Sequence record: MN563784.1
Direction: 5' to 3' (one strand)
Length of the DNA stretch: 64,000 nucleotides
The notes beneath the pieces were generated by a model that did no database searches, was not told the origin of the DNA, and saw nothing but the letters and a program-made list of their open reading frames with translations. Every line of letters starts with the position of its first letter. Positions within the stretch are counted from its first letter, which is position 1. Shown one piece after another: positions 28,423 to 43,069 of the stretch. The translations under genes and the position numbers were made by a program.

Positions 28423-28872
28423 ATGCAACAATTAGGTTTTGAACTTTCCCGTATTCTAAAGCAACTGCCTAACTTAGGTGGTTCTGATCGTAAAACCCGC
28501 GCAATGCTCCTAGCTAATGCGGTGGCATTACAGATTCCATTTGAGATTTTACTTGATTTCAATGAACAACAGGATAAAGCTGTTGCTAAATTTAAGAAAA
28601 TCTTAAGTAAAGTTAATGAGAATATTGCAGTTGATACTAAACTAGCCGTAACATATTTTAACAATATTCTTCGCATTCGCCAAAGTCTTATCAACGGTAT
28701 TACTGATCCATGTCTTGTCAAAGCTGTACTGACATCTGATACCGCTAATGATTATCTAACTGTCGATGATATCAATATTGTCTCTGCCGTTGTTAATGGC
28801 TCAGATTATAACCGTATCCAAGCAGACATGGGTAATGCATTAAATCAATTAATCGGTAGTATTGATGAGTGA
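28423..28872 (+). CDS. virion/head protein (phiKZ gp85-like)
   Basis: 149-aa ORF in the structural operon; synteny. Confidence 0.7.
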   Translation: MQQLGFELSRILKQLPNLGGSDRKTRAMLLANAVALQIPFEILLDFNEQQDKAVAKFKKILSKVNENIAVDTKLAVTYFNNILRIRQSLINGITDPCLVKAVLTSDTANDYLTVDDINIVSAVVNGSDYNRIQADMGNALNQLIGSIDE

Positions 28873-30151
28873 GGTTAAACCCATGTCTCATGTTAAAGAA
28901 GTAGATGTCGAAGAGGAAAAACTTTTCTTTGATGAGAACCAACCAGAGATGGTTGAAGGCGAAGAAGAGACTGTTTCAAGTGCCTCGGCTCCTGAAATTT
29001 TAGCTAAGATGTGTGTAGCTGTCGAAGCGATTCATCAGCTATCTGATATTTATGCAATCACTAAACTTGAAGGCGTATCAAAACCAGATGTTGATGGTAT
29101 TCGAGCATTAGTTAAGCGCATGAGCACTGAAGGGTTTGAAGCTCCTAAGAAAGCAGTAGCTTCACTTGAGCAATATGCTTCTATGTTTACACCAACCCGT
29201 AGTACTCTTAATGTGACTATTTCTCAAGAGGCAGTGATGGCTACCATCATTAATACTCTTAAGACTTGGTTTGAGAAACTAATGGAACTATTTGCTAAGC
29301 TGATGCGTTGGATTAGTGATTTTAAGAAGCGTGATGTTGTTGTAGCAACTCGTTATGGAAAGATTGTCCGGGCAGTTGATCAAGCACGTACTCTCTTTCA
29401 AGAGTTACTAGTTAAAAATCGATTAGGTAATCGAAAGGATGCATTACTAGAAAAGTTTGATGCAATTGCACAATCAATCATTGATGATCCTAAAATCCTA
29501 GCTAGTCGTGTATATGCTGCTGCATTTGGTAGTGTATACTACCAGAAAGAAATCATTAATATTAATAATGAAGCACGTACTGAACTAGGTACAATGGAAA
29601 AGCTAGTTGGCACTATCATTGAATATGTTAATTACAATGGTGATGATTATCGTGCACTTATGCCTATCGCTAATATCCGTGAGATTGGTAAACTAGCTAC
29701 CCGGTGCAATGAACTATCTACAGTGTATCCTGATCGTTCAAGCATTCCAGATTTCCCTGATAAGAATTTCTGGAAAAACTCACATCTGTTAAAAGATCGT
29801 TTTGTCGCACCACTTGATGATTTGTTAAAAGCATATCGCAATAGCAGTGATACTCTACGTAAGTTAAAGCAACTATCACGTAATTATAGTCAAGAAACTA
29901 TTGATGCTATTGGTGAGTCTGTTCAATTAATCAACACTTCCCTTGAAGGTATGCGTCGTATTACTGATACGATGTTTGAATATTCTCAAGCACAATATCT
30001 AGCAGCTAGTTGCGTACTTAACTATTATGGTAAGTGTGCACAAGTAGTTAGTGAAGATTATAAGATCCATGGCTTCAATGATGCTATTCGCGAATGGCAG
30101 CGTCGATTTGATAAAGTCATCGATGACTTTAAACGTGGTTATGCAATGTAA
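28862..30151 (+). CDS. virion head protein with cleavable propeptide (phiKZ gp86-like)
   Basis: 429 aa, acidic N-terminus and S-x-E sites (STE, SLE, SQE) typical of gp175 protease substrates. Confidence 0.75.
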   Translation: MMSEVKPMSHVKEVDVEEEKLFFDENQPEMVEGEEETVSSASAPEILAKMCVAVEAIHQLSDIYAITKLEGVSKPDVDGIRALVKRMSTEGFEAPKKAVASLEQYASMFTPTRSTLNVTISQEAVMATIINTLKTWFEKLMELFAKLMRWISDFKKRDVVVATRYGKIVRAVDQARTLFQELLVKNRLGNRKDALLEKFDAIAQSIIDDPKILASRVYAAAFGSVYYQKEIININNEARTELGTMEKLVGTIIEYVNYNGDDYRALMPIANIREIGKLATRCNELSTVYPDRSSIPDFPDKNFWKNSHLLKDRFVAPLDDLLKAYRNSSDTLRKLKQLSRNYSQETIDAIGESVQLINTSLEGMRRITDTMFEYSQAQYLAASCVLNYYGKCAQVVSEDYKIHGFNDAIREWQRRFDKVIDDFKRGYAM

Positions 30152-30164
30152 AATACAACATAAT

Positions 30165-30189
30165 GCCCTCCCCTAGGGGAGGGCTTATG
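30165..30189. terminator. palindromic stem-loop between convergent genes
   Basis: GCCCTCCCC-TA-GGGGAGGGC flanked by CATAA (30159) and TTATG (30185). Confidence 0.7.
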
Positions 30190-30192
30190 ACC

Positions 30193-34164
<3,972 letters not shown>

Positions 34165-34176
34165 TTATAACTCTCT

Positions 34177-34517
34177 GCAAACCCATATAGGAAGAGAAAA
34201 ATGCCATTACCTGTAATCGCCGGAGCAGTAAGTTCTGCTCTGATGACTGTTGCTGCTGATCAAGGTGTACGTGGTCTAATGCAGACTGTCCTACAAGCCA
34301 CTAAAAATGGTGTAGAGATTTTTCTTTGTCTTATATCTAAAATTCCGATCGTTCCTTTTTTTTTAACCCCCCGCAAACCCATATAGGAAGAGAAAAATGC
34401 CATTACCTGTAATCGCCGGAGCAGTAAGTTCTGCTCTGATGACTGTTGCTGCTGATCAAGGTGTACGTGGTCTAATGCAGACTGTCCTACAAGCCACTAA
34501 AAATGGTGTAGAGATTT
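34177..34517 (+). repeat. 145-bp perfect direct repeat, period 196 bp
   Basis: 34177-34321 is identical to 34373-34517; the 51-bp spacer is a corrupted copy of 34125-34176. Confidence 0.97.
34201..34386 (+). pseudogene. truncated duplicate of the gp89 5' end (40 shared residues plus a 21-aa unrelated tail); probably an assembly artefact
   Basis: First 40 aa identical to ORF 34397..35560, then reads into the corrupted spacer. Confidence 0.6.
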
Positions 34518-35560
34518 CTTCTCTAACCGATCTAGCACGTCCAACTCGTGTTGAACCATTGGTCATCGTAGACCAAACCTTAGTTGATCAACCTTACATG
34601 AAAGACGTTATGAAATTTGTTTCATCGTCTTTTACTGGTTATTATCTACAAGCTGTTAATATGCTTCTAGGTGTGGATAAGATTGATACTTTAAAAGTAT
34701 TCGATACTATTAATCCTAACCGTACAGGTGTAACTCGCACTAGTGTATTCTCTGCCGAAGAGTATTCTGATGGTCTTCCTTCATTAGAGTCTTTTGAGAA
34801 GCCTGTGCATTTACCAAATATCGTCGCTGAACACTCACATGAGCGTTGGGTAGCTTCAATGGAAGCAAATGACGAAAGTACAAGTGCACAAAGTATTTCT
34901 AGTGGCGATACACAAAAGATTTATGAAGTTGAAAACCTTGCCGTTGGTAAGCTGGTTAACGTTGATGTTAAATCAGGAAAGCAGAAAGCTAAAATTCCTG
35001 TTATGATCCGTTTAATTCCAGCCGCTGTTAGTCCTCAGATTATTGCGCACATCTTTAGTGCTGGTGGACGAGATACTTGGCTACATCGTCTATTTCTAGT
35101 GAAAACTGGTCAAATTAAATTCTGGCGTGACTTTGTTCTAGGTCAGGATATGATCGATGAACATTATCGCATTCTAATGAATGATAAGTCAGGTGTTTAT
35201 AAACAAATCACCGATCGTCGCCGTAACAACTGGAAACAATCTGTTCGCAGTGGCACGGTTTCATTAGCAGATGCATCAAATATCGCGATTGTATCAACGT
35301 CAACTCTTAAAGCTGCTTCTAATTCTCTTTATGGTCGTATCGATGATTTCGCCACTCGGCAAAAGATCTTTGACAATAGCTATCTAATGATGCTTGTTGT
35401 TATCGATGATCGTTATGAGCGAGTAACTATTTATCATCGTGGGGTTGATCTATCTACATCTCACCGACTTGATGAAATTAAAATGGCTGAAAAGAATAAA
35501 GGTCCGGATATCACTGAGATCTTTAAAATGATGAATAAAACCATGTCTACCAATATTTAA
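34397..35560 (+). CDS. inner-head protein (phiKZ gp89-like)
   Basis: 387 aa; S-x-E sites SAE, SLE, SME; position in the head-protein operon. Confidence 0.8.
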   Translation: MPLPVIAGAVSSALMTVAADQGVRGLMQTVLQATKNGVEISSLTDLARPTRVEPLVIVDQTLVDQPYMKDVMKFVSSSFTGYYLQAVNMLLGVDKIDTLKVFDTINPNRTGVTRTSVFSAEEYSDGLPSLESFEKPVHLPNIVAEHSHERWVASMEANDESTSAQSISSGDTQKIYEVENLAVGKLVNVDVKSGKQKAKIPVMIRLIPAAVSPQIIAHIFSAGGRDTWLHRLFLVKTGQIKFWRDFVLGQDMIDEHYRILMNDKSGVYKQITDRRRNNWKQSVRSGTVSLADASNIAIVSTSTLKAASNSLYGRIDDFATRQKIFDNSYLMMLVVIDDRYERVTIYHRGVDLSTSHRLDEIKMAEKNKGPDITEIFKMMNKTMSTNI

Positions 35561-35567
35561 GGACTGA

Positions 35568-36500
35568 GTGATGAGAATTATTGATTATGTACGTGAACTC
35601 GCACCAGTTACTGAACGTCGTGAACTATTAAATCAAATCCGTTCATTACGTGAAGAATATGATGCAACTCTCGCACCAATTATTGACGATGTAGGTGAAG
35701 TATTTGGTAATATGCAACTTAAATCAGATTTAGGTATGCGACTATCTACTGAACTACGGCGAGCGATTAGTTTTAATACCGAACCAATTACACTAGTACT
35801 GGATACTCTTTCAAATATTCGTGGTAGCTTTGATATGATCGAAAGCGAAATCCGACGTTTATTTGCTATTCAGTTTACTAACTCTAATCTAACCTTTGAC
35901 CGTGCAAATATGCTACGTTTTGTTGATGGTCTTAGTTTCTATATTCGTTATGGCCGTAAACTACTGCTAAATCTAATTGCACAAGAAGCAATGAAATTAG
36001 GTAAGGCTACAGAATTAAAATCATCTCGTGCTGAGAAAGAATGGCTATACACCAATATGGCACAATTCATTACTCTGTATCCAGCAATGAGTCTTAAGAC
36101 TAATGAACTGAAACAACGCTTAAGCCGTGCATCTAGTGCTGAAGTCAATGAAGGTACTTATGATGTAGCTGTGAGTGCTCTCTCTATAGCTCAACGTGAT
36201 CCACTTAACATGGATGGCTTCTCACCTCGTCAGAACCCGTTCGTGCTATTTGGCAAGTTCTTAGCTGAGTATCAGGTTGAACGTTTTAAAGAAGCTGAGC
36301 AAGAATTCCTTGCACTTCAACTACGTTTACAAGAAATGCGGGAAATGCAAAGTAATGGTAAAGTGGATGCACGCCTACAGAAGCTTATTAAAGAGTATGA
36401 AATTCGTATCTCTGATTATAACTATCGCCTAGGTATGATCCAAGATCGCGCATCTGAGTTCTTTGCTAACCATCGTGATCTACTATCTCTTGGTCACTAA
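35568..36500 (+). CDS. head protein (phiKZ gp90-like)
   Basis: 310-aa helical ORF; synteny. Confidence 0.8.
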   Translation: MMRIIDYVRELAPVTERRELLNQIRSLREEYDATLAPIIDDVGEVFGNMQLKSDLGMRLSTELRRAISFNTEPITLVLDTLSNIRGSFDMIESEIRRLFAIQFTNSNLTFDRANMLRFVDGLSFYIRYGRKLLLNLIAQEAMKLGKATELKSSRAEKEWLYTNMAQFITLYPAMSLKTNELKQRLSRASSAEVNEGTYDVAVSALSIAQRDPLNMDGFSPRQNPFVLFGKFLAEYQVERFKEAEQEFLALQLRLQEMREMQSNGKVDARLQKLIKEYEIRISDYNYRLGMIQDRASEFFANHRDLLSLGH

Positions 36501-37045
36501 TGGAGGGCATTGATATGCCAGCAACTAATGCTGTACGCCCATTTGGTCGTAATTACTCAGGTGGTCAACAACAGGCCATTTCACGGTTCACTGCTCGTCC
36601 CGGTGATCCTCAAGTTGAAGAACTATATCTTATCTTTACCAACTTTCCTGCACAAACTGCATATTGGGAATTCCATAAGAAAGTTCTAGCTTGTGCTATT
36701 CGTCTTTTTAGCGGAAACTATAATTGGTTTATTCTACAGGACAATAATAGTAATATTGATAGTTATAATTATCAATTCCTATTAGATACTGTTCGATACA
36801 TTGCTACGGGTCATCGACGTATTTCAATTACCCAATGGCCAATGTTACTAGCTACTGAACCAGATGCTGGTGCACAACTCATTGAACCGCGCGCTGAAAT
36901 TGCTACTCTCTTTAATGAGTTAAAATTAGATCTAGATACTGTTTCAATGATCCAGAATTGGGTTAAACACAAAAACGGTATGAATGATCTAATGTATACC
37001 CTACATCTACTATTTGGATCTGTAGAAGTAATAGATAAGGACTGA
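36500..37045 (+). CDS. head/minor capsid protein (phiKZ gp91-like)
   Basis: 181 aa; TAATG coupling with gp90. Confidence 0.75.
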   Translation: MEGIDMPATNAVRPFGRNYSGGQQQAISRFTARPGDPQVEELYLIFTNFPAQTAYWEFHKKVLACAIRLFSGNYNWFILQDNNSNIDSYNYQFLLDTVRYIATGHRRISITQWPMLLATEPDAGAQLIEPRAEIATLFNELKLDLDTVSMIQNWVKHKNGMNDLMYTLHLLFGSVEVIDKD

Positions 37046-37054
37046 GGACTATCT

Positions 37055-38377
37055 ATGACTAATAATTCACTTAGTCATTCGGTCTTACTTGAATCAATCG
37101 ACGGGGACAGCCCCGTCGATATGATCGCTACATGCGATGGATATCTAAAAGAATTATTGCCATCAATTGAAGATATTCAAAGTAGATTAGAATGCACTGA
37201 AAAAGACATTTTAGTTAAAACCTATACCGATGGCTTATTTCAAAAATATGCAGATAACCAAGATGTTGTTAGTGAACACATTCTAAAAACTGAGAATGTG
37301 TCATTAGAAGACCTATCTAAGACAGCACGAAATACCTGGGATGAAATGAAAAAATCCCAAGCAAAGCATCGAGATGAGTTAAAAGAGTATGCACGTGTTA
37401 TTACACAAGGTAATCAACGTACTCTTGAACGAATAAACATGCTTTTAGAAAGAGCTGAAAATATTAAGCATGAGCCATTTAAGCAAGAATTAAAATTTAA
37501 AAATACTAAACGATTTAGTATTGATGGTAAATTCGAACCGACTACAGTTGATCCGATACTCATGCAAGTTAACAACTTGATAGCTTTCTATGATAAATCC
37601 CTACTCTTGTATATCCAATCTGTAGCGGATATCCTTAGGAAATTATCATTTGATGAAAAATGGACTGATAGAGCTGCACAAGACTTTAGTAAGTTTAATG
37701 TTAAGAACTGGATGAAGGGTGCAGTACCTATTAAGAAAGATGATAGATTTAGAGTAAGTTCTACAGTTTATCGTAGTATGCCAGTTCAAGGTAATAAGAC
37801 TTTATTTGGCGCAGGGCCAACTGAAACACAGACTGAAGAGATCAGGGATTGGGATTTTTTAGTAAATACTGTCCGTGATTTTGCCTTTAAGTTTTATACT
37901 ATTCCTACTATGAAGGATGCACCTGAAGGTAACAATACCTTTAAGGTTAATGATACGAGTTCAATTGGAAGACGGTTAGTATTATTAAGCGAAATGGCTA
38001 AACGTATAGATGCTAGAAAAGATTATGCAACTAAACTAGATTTTGAATTTGGTAGGTTAATGCAGTTAGCCGAGACTAATCGTCAACAAGCTGGTAGGAT
38101 TCGGGCACAACAATCTAATATGCGAAATCGTCAAGCAAAAGTTCAAGATCCGGATGCACCTGATGGCATCCCTGCTATCTCAAATATCATTAATTCAATT
38201 ACATTAATGATCAATAATGTAAGTCGCGTTGTAACAGATTTTAGTAATGCTCTTGCTGGTTTAGTCAGAGTAATGGGTCGACTAGTATTCGTGACCGAGT
38301 TAGAATTAAAAGCTTACCAGCGTCCAATTCAAAGACCTACGCAAGAACAAGTAAATAATCCCTCCCAGGTAAGGTAA
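37055..38377 (+). CDS. head protein with propeptide (phiKZ gp92-like)
   Basis: 440 aa; GAGGA RBS; SIE and SLE candidate cleavage sites in the N-terminal region. Confidence 0.75.
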   Translation: MTNNSLSHSVLLESIDGDSPVDMIATCDGYLKELLPSIEDIQSRLECTEKDILVKTYTDGLFQKYADNQDVVSEHILKTENVSLEDLSKTARNTWDEMKKSQAKHRDELKEYARVITQGNQRTLERINMLLERAENIKHEPFKQELKFKNTKRFSIDGKFEPTTVDPILMQVNNLIAFYDKSLLLYIQSVADILRKLSFDEKWTDRAAQDFSKFNVKNWMKGAVPIKKDDRFRVSSTVYRSMPVQGNKTLFGAGPTETQTEEIRDWDFLVNTVRDFAFKFYTIPTMKDAPEGNNTFKVNDTSSIGRRLVLLSEMAKRIDARKDYATKLDFEFGRLMQLAETNRQQAGRIRAQQSNMRNRQAKVQDPDAPDGIPAISNIINSITLMINNVSRVVTDFSNALAGLVRVMGRLVFVTELELKAYQRPIQRPTQEQVNNPSQVR

Positions 38378-38382
38378 TTAAC

Positions 38383-39690
38383 ATGTCTCTACTTAAAATG
38401 CTAGACAAACTATCACTTGAATCAATTGAAGATCAAGGCACTACGATTCATGGTGATGTTGAATTAGTCGTTGAAAATGAAACTTCTGCTGATGTATCAT
38501 CCGTTTTAGCAGAAGTAGATCAGATTGAGAATAATCCCGTAGAAGAAGTTCTTGATGCAGATGATGCTGTTCAACCCACTGCATTAGATACTGAAGTGAC
38601 TATTGTTCAAGCTGAAGATGAATTAGGCCTAATTGAAGATGCTAAAGAAGCACTTGAAAAGTTCCAAGGTCTTTTACTTCAAGCTGGTGAAGATGGTATC
38701 TCTCGTCAAGCAGCTGCCTTCATGCATGTTGGCATGGAATCAATTGATCGTATCCTAGGTATTGAAAAATCTGGACTCACTGCCGCGCTTGAGAATTACG
38801 ATGCTTCTCCACGCAGCGCTATTCAGAAAGCAGCAGTTATCTCTCTTGAGGATCTCAAAGAGAAACTAAAAGAAGCAGGTAAGAAAGCTTTAGAGATTAT
38901 CAAGAAGATTGTTGCAATGATAAAGCAGAAGATTAAAGATTTTAATCCTAAGCTGATTGCACTCGATATGCGTATTACTAAAACTATTGATGCTATTAAA
39001 TCACTCAAAGCCGGTGATCTAAAGAAAGAAGAAATTAAGTTCACTCCTTCTGAGTATATGGTATCTAGTAGTGGCTTTATTGCAAATAATCCGAAGACTA
39101 TTGCAGACTTCATGACTGTATTCTCAACTCAGTATGTATCTGCTCTTAGGAAATATGGCGAACTTGGAGTACGTTATCTCAAAGGTGACAAGTCTATTGA
39201 TATTGATCAAGTCACCAGTGATTTACAAGCTAAGATGGCTGAAGATATTAATAAAGCCGTTGAGAAAGCTCCTGGTAATGTTAAGTTAGAAGTTACTTCT
39301 TCTAAGTCGGGTGTGAATAAGTGGGAAGTTGTTGAGGGTGATGGGGAAACGGATCTACATGAAGTTGAAGTTGATGTCCGTGCACCGAGTAAAATCTTAG
39401 CACATCTTAATATTCTTAAAGGTCTTGTTATTAAACTACAGGACTTTAATAAGATTGATTACAAGATTGCTGAGAATCTTGAAAAGGCCCTAGCTGATTG
39501 GAATCCTGACGAAGCAGGCATGTCAAAAGAAACAGCGCGTGATGCACTGAATATTGGTGGCATTGACAATAGTGCACTAGTTAACTATATTGCTAAATGT
39601 ATCGCTGCGCAATATACATTTATTGTTAAATATGAACTAGCTGCATATGGCAAAGAAACTTCTAAAGCATCTGAGAATGATGAGAAGTAA
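38383..39690 (+). CDS. inner-body/ejection protein family member (phiKZ gp93-like)
   Basis: Acidic propeptide and shared module ALEKFQGLLLQAGEDGISRQAAAFMH...ALENY...ISLEDLKE. Confidence 0.85.
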   Translation: MSLLKMLDKLSLESIEDQGTTIHGDVELVVENETSADVSSVLAEVDQIENNPVEEVLDADDAVQPTALDTEVTIVQAEDELGLIEDAKEALEKFQGLLLQAGEDGISRQAAAFMHVGMESIDRILGIEKSGLTAALENYDASPRSAIQKAAVISLEDLKEKLKEAGKKALEIIKKIVAMIKQKIKDFNPKLIALDMRITKTIDAIKSLKAGDLKKEEIKFTPSEYMVSSSGFIANNPKTIADFMTVFSTQYVSALRKYGELGVRYLKGDKSIDIDQVTSDLQAKMAEDINKAVEKAPGNVKLEVTSSKSGVNKWEVVEGDGETDLHEVEVDVRAPSKILAHLNILKGLVIKLQDFNKIDYKIAENLEKALADWNPDEAGMSKETARDALNIGGIDNSALVNYIAKCIAAQYTFIVKYELAAYGKETSKASENDEK

Positions 39691-39700
39691 CAAACATAAT

Positions 39701-39727
39701 GAGGAACCCTTCGGGGTTCCTCTTATG
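39701..39727 (+). terminator. UUCG stem-loop flanked by CATAA/TTATG
   Basis: GAGGAACCC-TTCG-GGGTTCCTC then TTATG. Confidence 0.7.
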
Positions 39728-39759
39728 CTATGTAATTAAGTATTCTTGAGGAATTGTAA

Positions 39760-41277
39760 ATGAACTTAAATAAGTTACTTGATAGTTTAGAAGGTTATGG
39801 TGTTGTCGAAGTAAAAGAAAAAGTCGCGAAAGCCAAACTAAAGCACGCTGCTACAGACGACAAGCAAATATCTAAAGAACCAGAAGAAGCTGCCAAATTA
39901 ATTGATGAATTACCAAATGATGTAAAAGCAACTAATAATGGGTTAGATGTTGAAGAAGCACATAAACCTAATATCCATTGGAAATCAGATCGTGGTTTAG
40001 TTACTGAAGTTGATTCATTTGGTAAAACATACGTCGCATCAGAAGAATATCCAGCATCACCCCATGATACCCGAGAAAGTCCTGATAATAGACCTACACC
40101 AGTGGATGGTAAAGATTTAGATAGTGATGATGATCATTTAAATATCTTTGCGTATGATGCACCTCCATCTCAAAACATGACATATCAGCTAAATCAATTA
40201 CTGCATGCGCGTACTAGTTTAGAATGTTTTATAGATTTATTAAATACCGCTGGTGATAGAGGTATTACTAAACAATCAGCTGCTTTTATGCACGTTACAT
40301 TAGAATCAATTGATAAGCTTATCGGCTTTGAAAAGATTAGTATTGAAGATTTTAATGCAACCCCTAGCAGCGCTATGCGTTTTGTAAATATTTCTCAAGA
40401 AGAAATAAAAGAACGTATTGAAAGTATAGGTAAAAAGATACTTGCTTTAATAGTCCATGTTATTGAACAAGCTAAAGTAGCGGCACAGCGTGTACTAACT
40501 GGAATCAAATCAGTTGAAGATAAAACTGATGAGTTAATTGAAAAAGCGAAAAGTTTAATCAATAAGCCAACTGTATCAAATGAAAGGGTAACACCTGATT
40601 TTGATATGTCAATTAAAATTGACAATCCTAAAATGTTATTCATTGGTGATGAATTTGTTTTAGACGATTTAACTAATGAAACAAAAGTTAGTCAATTTCT
40701 AGCTAAAGAATGGCCAAATATAGCTAGATCAAACATTGATAAAGTAGTTAAATTAATTAAAGACTACGACTTAGAAGATAATGAACTAGATAAGTTTAAA
40801 GAGGCTTTTGAATTTATTGGTGAAGCTAATCAGTTAGATAAAGTAAAAGATACTTCTCTACCTGGTAATAGTAAACTTATATTCCAGAAAGATAAATATG
40901 CTCCACGACTTGGTGAAGATAAACATGGTGATGGTCCAGATACAATCACGATCGAGCCAAGGCCGCCTGTTGAAGTGCGTAAAACATTAGAAGTTAATAA
41001 AGAAGCTATTCGTCGTTTAGGTGATCTATTTAAAGCTGAAAAAGATGTCCTTGAACAACTGAAGAAGGTTGCACAGGGCATTGAGGACATGGAGCTACGT
41101 AGGTCTAAAGCTATTTGGAAAGGTGCTCGTGATGATGCAAAGGAGATTATATCTTTAGTTAATGGCTTTATTACCGATATGTCACCAGAATACGCAACAC
41201 TAATTAGTTACCTATTACGTATTGCAAAGCAACGAAATGCTGTTTGTAATATGGAATTAGAAAGATATGGCCAATAA
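39760..41277 (+). CDS. inner-body/ejection protein family member (phiKZ gp94-like)
   Basis: Same module: SLECFIDLLNTAGDRGITKQSAAFMH...SIEDF...ISQEEIKE. Confidence 0.85.
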   Translation: MNLNKLLDSLEGYGVVEVKEKVAKAKLKHAATDDKQISKEPEEAAKLIDELPNDVKATNNGLDVEEAHKPNIHWKSDRGLVTEVDSFGKTYVASEEYPASPHDTRESPDNRPTPVDGKDLDSDDDHLNIFAYDAPPSQNMTYQLNQLLHARTSLECFIDLLNTAGDRGITKQSAAFMHVTLESIDKLIGFEKISIEDFNATPSSAMRFVNISQEEIKERIESIGKKILALIVHVIEQAKVAAQRVLTGIKSVEDKTDELIEKAKSLINKPTVSNERVTPDFDMSIKIDNPKMLFIGDEFVLDDLTNETKVSQFLAKEWPNIARSNIDKVVKLIKDYDLEDNELDKFKEAFEFIGEANQLDKVKDTSLPGNSKLIFQKDKYAPRLGEDKHGDGPDTITIEPRPPVEVRKTLEVNKEAIRRLGDLFKAEKDVLEQLKKVAQGIEDMELRRSKAIWKGARDDAKEIISLVNGFITDMSPEYATLISYLLRIAKQRNAVCNMELERYGQ

Positions 41278-41364
41278 ATATATCTAAGTGTTCATTTTTA
41301 TCTAAGTACCTAATTCTATGGTTTATTGTTAAACGCGCGCAAAGAAATTCCTTGAGGAAATAAC

Positions 41365-43008
41365 ATGACATTTAAACTCAATGAGTATCTAGATAGTCTA
41401 GAAGACTATACTGAGGTACCTATTCCTGAAACAGCAGTTGATAAAGTAGCAGCCATGACTAGTGGCGATTGTATTTCTGAAGACGCTGTACCTGAAAATA
41501 CTATTCAAGATGTGACTGACAATAATGTTGGTGTAACACCAACTGCACCAGTGGATGCAGATACCACTATTGTTAATACTCCTAATAATGGCGTTATTGT
41601 TGAGACTCCAGCTGCTACTCTAGTTGAACAACCAGCTGTACCAGTTACCGTAGTTGAAACAGATGTAGTAACAGAAGTACCCCCTATTCCTGAACAACCT
41701 AATATTGCTGTTGAAACAGTTATTCCAGCAGGTGCCGAAGGAGAGGAACCACAAGGTGGTGAAACAGTAACTCAGCAAATCGCTGATCAGGCTGCCAAAG
41801 ATAGTTCTATTCCACTAGCGCATAATGGCGTGGTGCCACAGATCGCTGTTGCAGTGGATATGGATAAACCTACTGATTTCATGGACATTGGTAATGCACA
41901 AGTAGTTACTACAGCAGTGCAAGATATTAATCAAGGTCTAAATACCGCATATGCCCTAGAGTCGATTAAAGCTCTTGTTCGACAAGCTGGTATTAATGGT
42001 ATCAGTCAAAGTACAGCTGCATTTATTCATTCTGCACTCTTACCACATCGTCATGTACTTGGTGATAATACTTTAACTAGCTCATTAGAAAACTATACGA
42101 CTGGTGGTAAAAGTCATTTATATCCAGTTAAGATTTCAACTGAGGATATTAAAGAGTTAAGTCGTAAGGCGCTTGCTTATATCAAGAAAGCTATTGCTAA
42201 ACTACGTGAAATTATTAGCCACGTATGGGATAGTCTTAAGAATAGTGTACCGCGTGTGAGTGTAAAAGTTGATGAACTCATTTTAGCTATCCAAAATGCT
42301 AAGTTTGAAAATATACCCAGTGAATTAACGGTTCCTGTTAAAAATGGTGGACCCGTATTTGCTAATGGTAAATTCATTCAGCCTTCAGCTAACGTTGGAT
42401 ATGGCCCTATCGTTAAATGGATGGCATCTGTATATGCAAAAGACTATGCTACCTACCTAACGAATATTGGTACTGTGCTTAAAGCTTGGGATCCAGAGCG
42501 TAATGATGCTAGTGAACTAGTTGAGAAGATGGACAAACTTCAAGATGGACCTCTCAAACACTACGCTAGTACATCTAACACTTTACCGGGTAATAAGCTT
42601 GTAACTACGACTGCTACTCAAGTATATCTAACGGATGATGAGACAGCCGCAGAACCTGGCACTGAAGTGACTTTAAAGAACTTTGATAAGAGTCAAGCTA
42701 AGAAAGAAGCGGTAGCTCTACGTAATCTGGTTGATGATGCAGCTGATGTTATCACTGGCGGTCGGAATATTGTTAAAGCCATTAAGCAACTTGAAGATGA
42801 TGTTGATCAACTTTCACGGAAACTAGAGAGTGATAAAATCGACGATGTTTCTAAAGAACAGATCGAAGAAGTATCACGTAAGGTAGCATCTATTATTACA
42901 GATAGTGCACCTAAACATGACTCCATTATTCGTGAAGCAATGCGTTACGCAAATACTGCAACTGGACTTTATAATAGTGTAATTAACACTAAATTCCAAG
43001 CAGAATAA
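41365..43008 (+). CDS. inner-body/ejection protein family member (phiKZ gp95-like)
   Basis: Same module: ALESIKALVRQAGINGISQSTAAFIH...SLENY...ISTEDIKE; long acidic P/V/T-rich propeptide. Confidence 0.85.
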   Translation: MTFKLNEYLDSLEDYTEVPIPETAVDKVAAMTSGDCISEDAVPENTIQDVTDNNVGVTPTAPVDADTTIVNTPNNGVIVETPAATLVEQPAVPVTVVETDVVTEVPPIPEQPNIAVETVIPAGAEGEEPQGGETVTQQIADQAAKDSSIPLAHNGVVPQIAVAVDMDKPTDFMDIGNAQVVTTAVQDINQGLNTAYALESIKALVRQAGINGISQSTAAFIHSALLPHRHVLGDNTLTSSLENYTTGGKSHLYPVKISTEDIKELSRKALAYIKKAIAKLREIISHVWDSLKNSVPRVSVKVDELILAIQNAKFENIPSELTVPVKNGGPVFANGKFIQPSANVGYGPIVKWMASVYAKDYATYLTNIGTVLKAWDPERNDASELVEKMDKLQDGPLKHYASTSNTLPGNKLVTTTATQVYLTDDETAAEPGTEVTLKNFDKSQAKKEAVALRNLVDDAADVITGGRNIVKAIKQLEDDVDQLSRKLESDKIDDVSKEQIEEVSRKVASIITDSAPKHDSIIREAMRYANTATGLYNSVINTKFQAE

Positions 43009-43027
43009 TGATAAGTGACGACATATC

Positions 43028-43056
43028 GACGGGGCTCGGAAGAGTCCCGTCTTATG
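43028..43056 (+). terminator. stem-loop followed by TTATG
   Basis: GACGGGGCTC-GGAA-GAGTCCCGTC, 10 bp with one G-U. Confidence 0.65.
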
Positions 43057-43069
43057 TTAGGAGTTAGCA

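Noticed and set aside
34201-34386. Genuine separate 61-aa gene
   Set aside because: Entirely derived from the duplication; its unique tail comes from the corrupted spacer. More likely an assembly error until reads or PCR show otherwise.
34177-34517. Insertion sequence or target-site duplication
   Set aside because: No transposase or terminal inverted repeats; the repeat is simply the local promoter and gene start.
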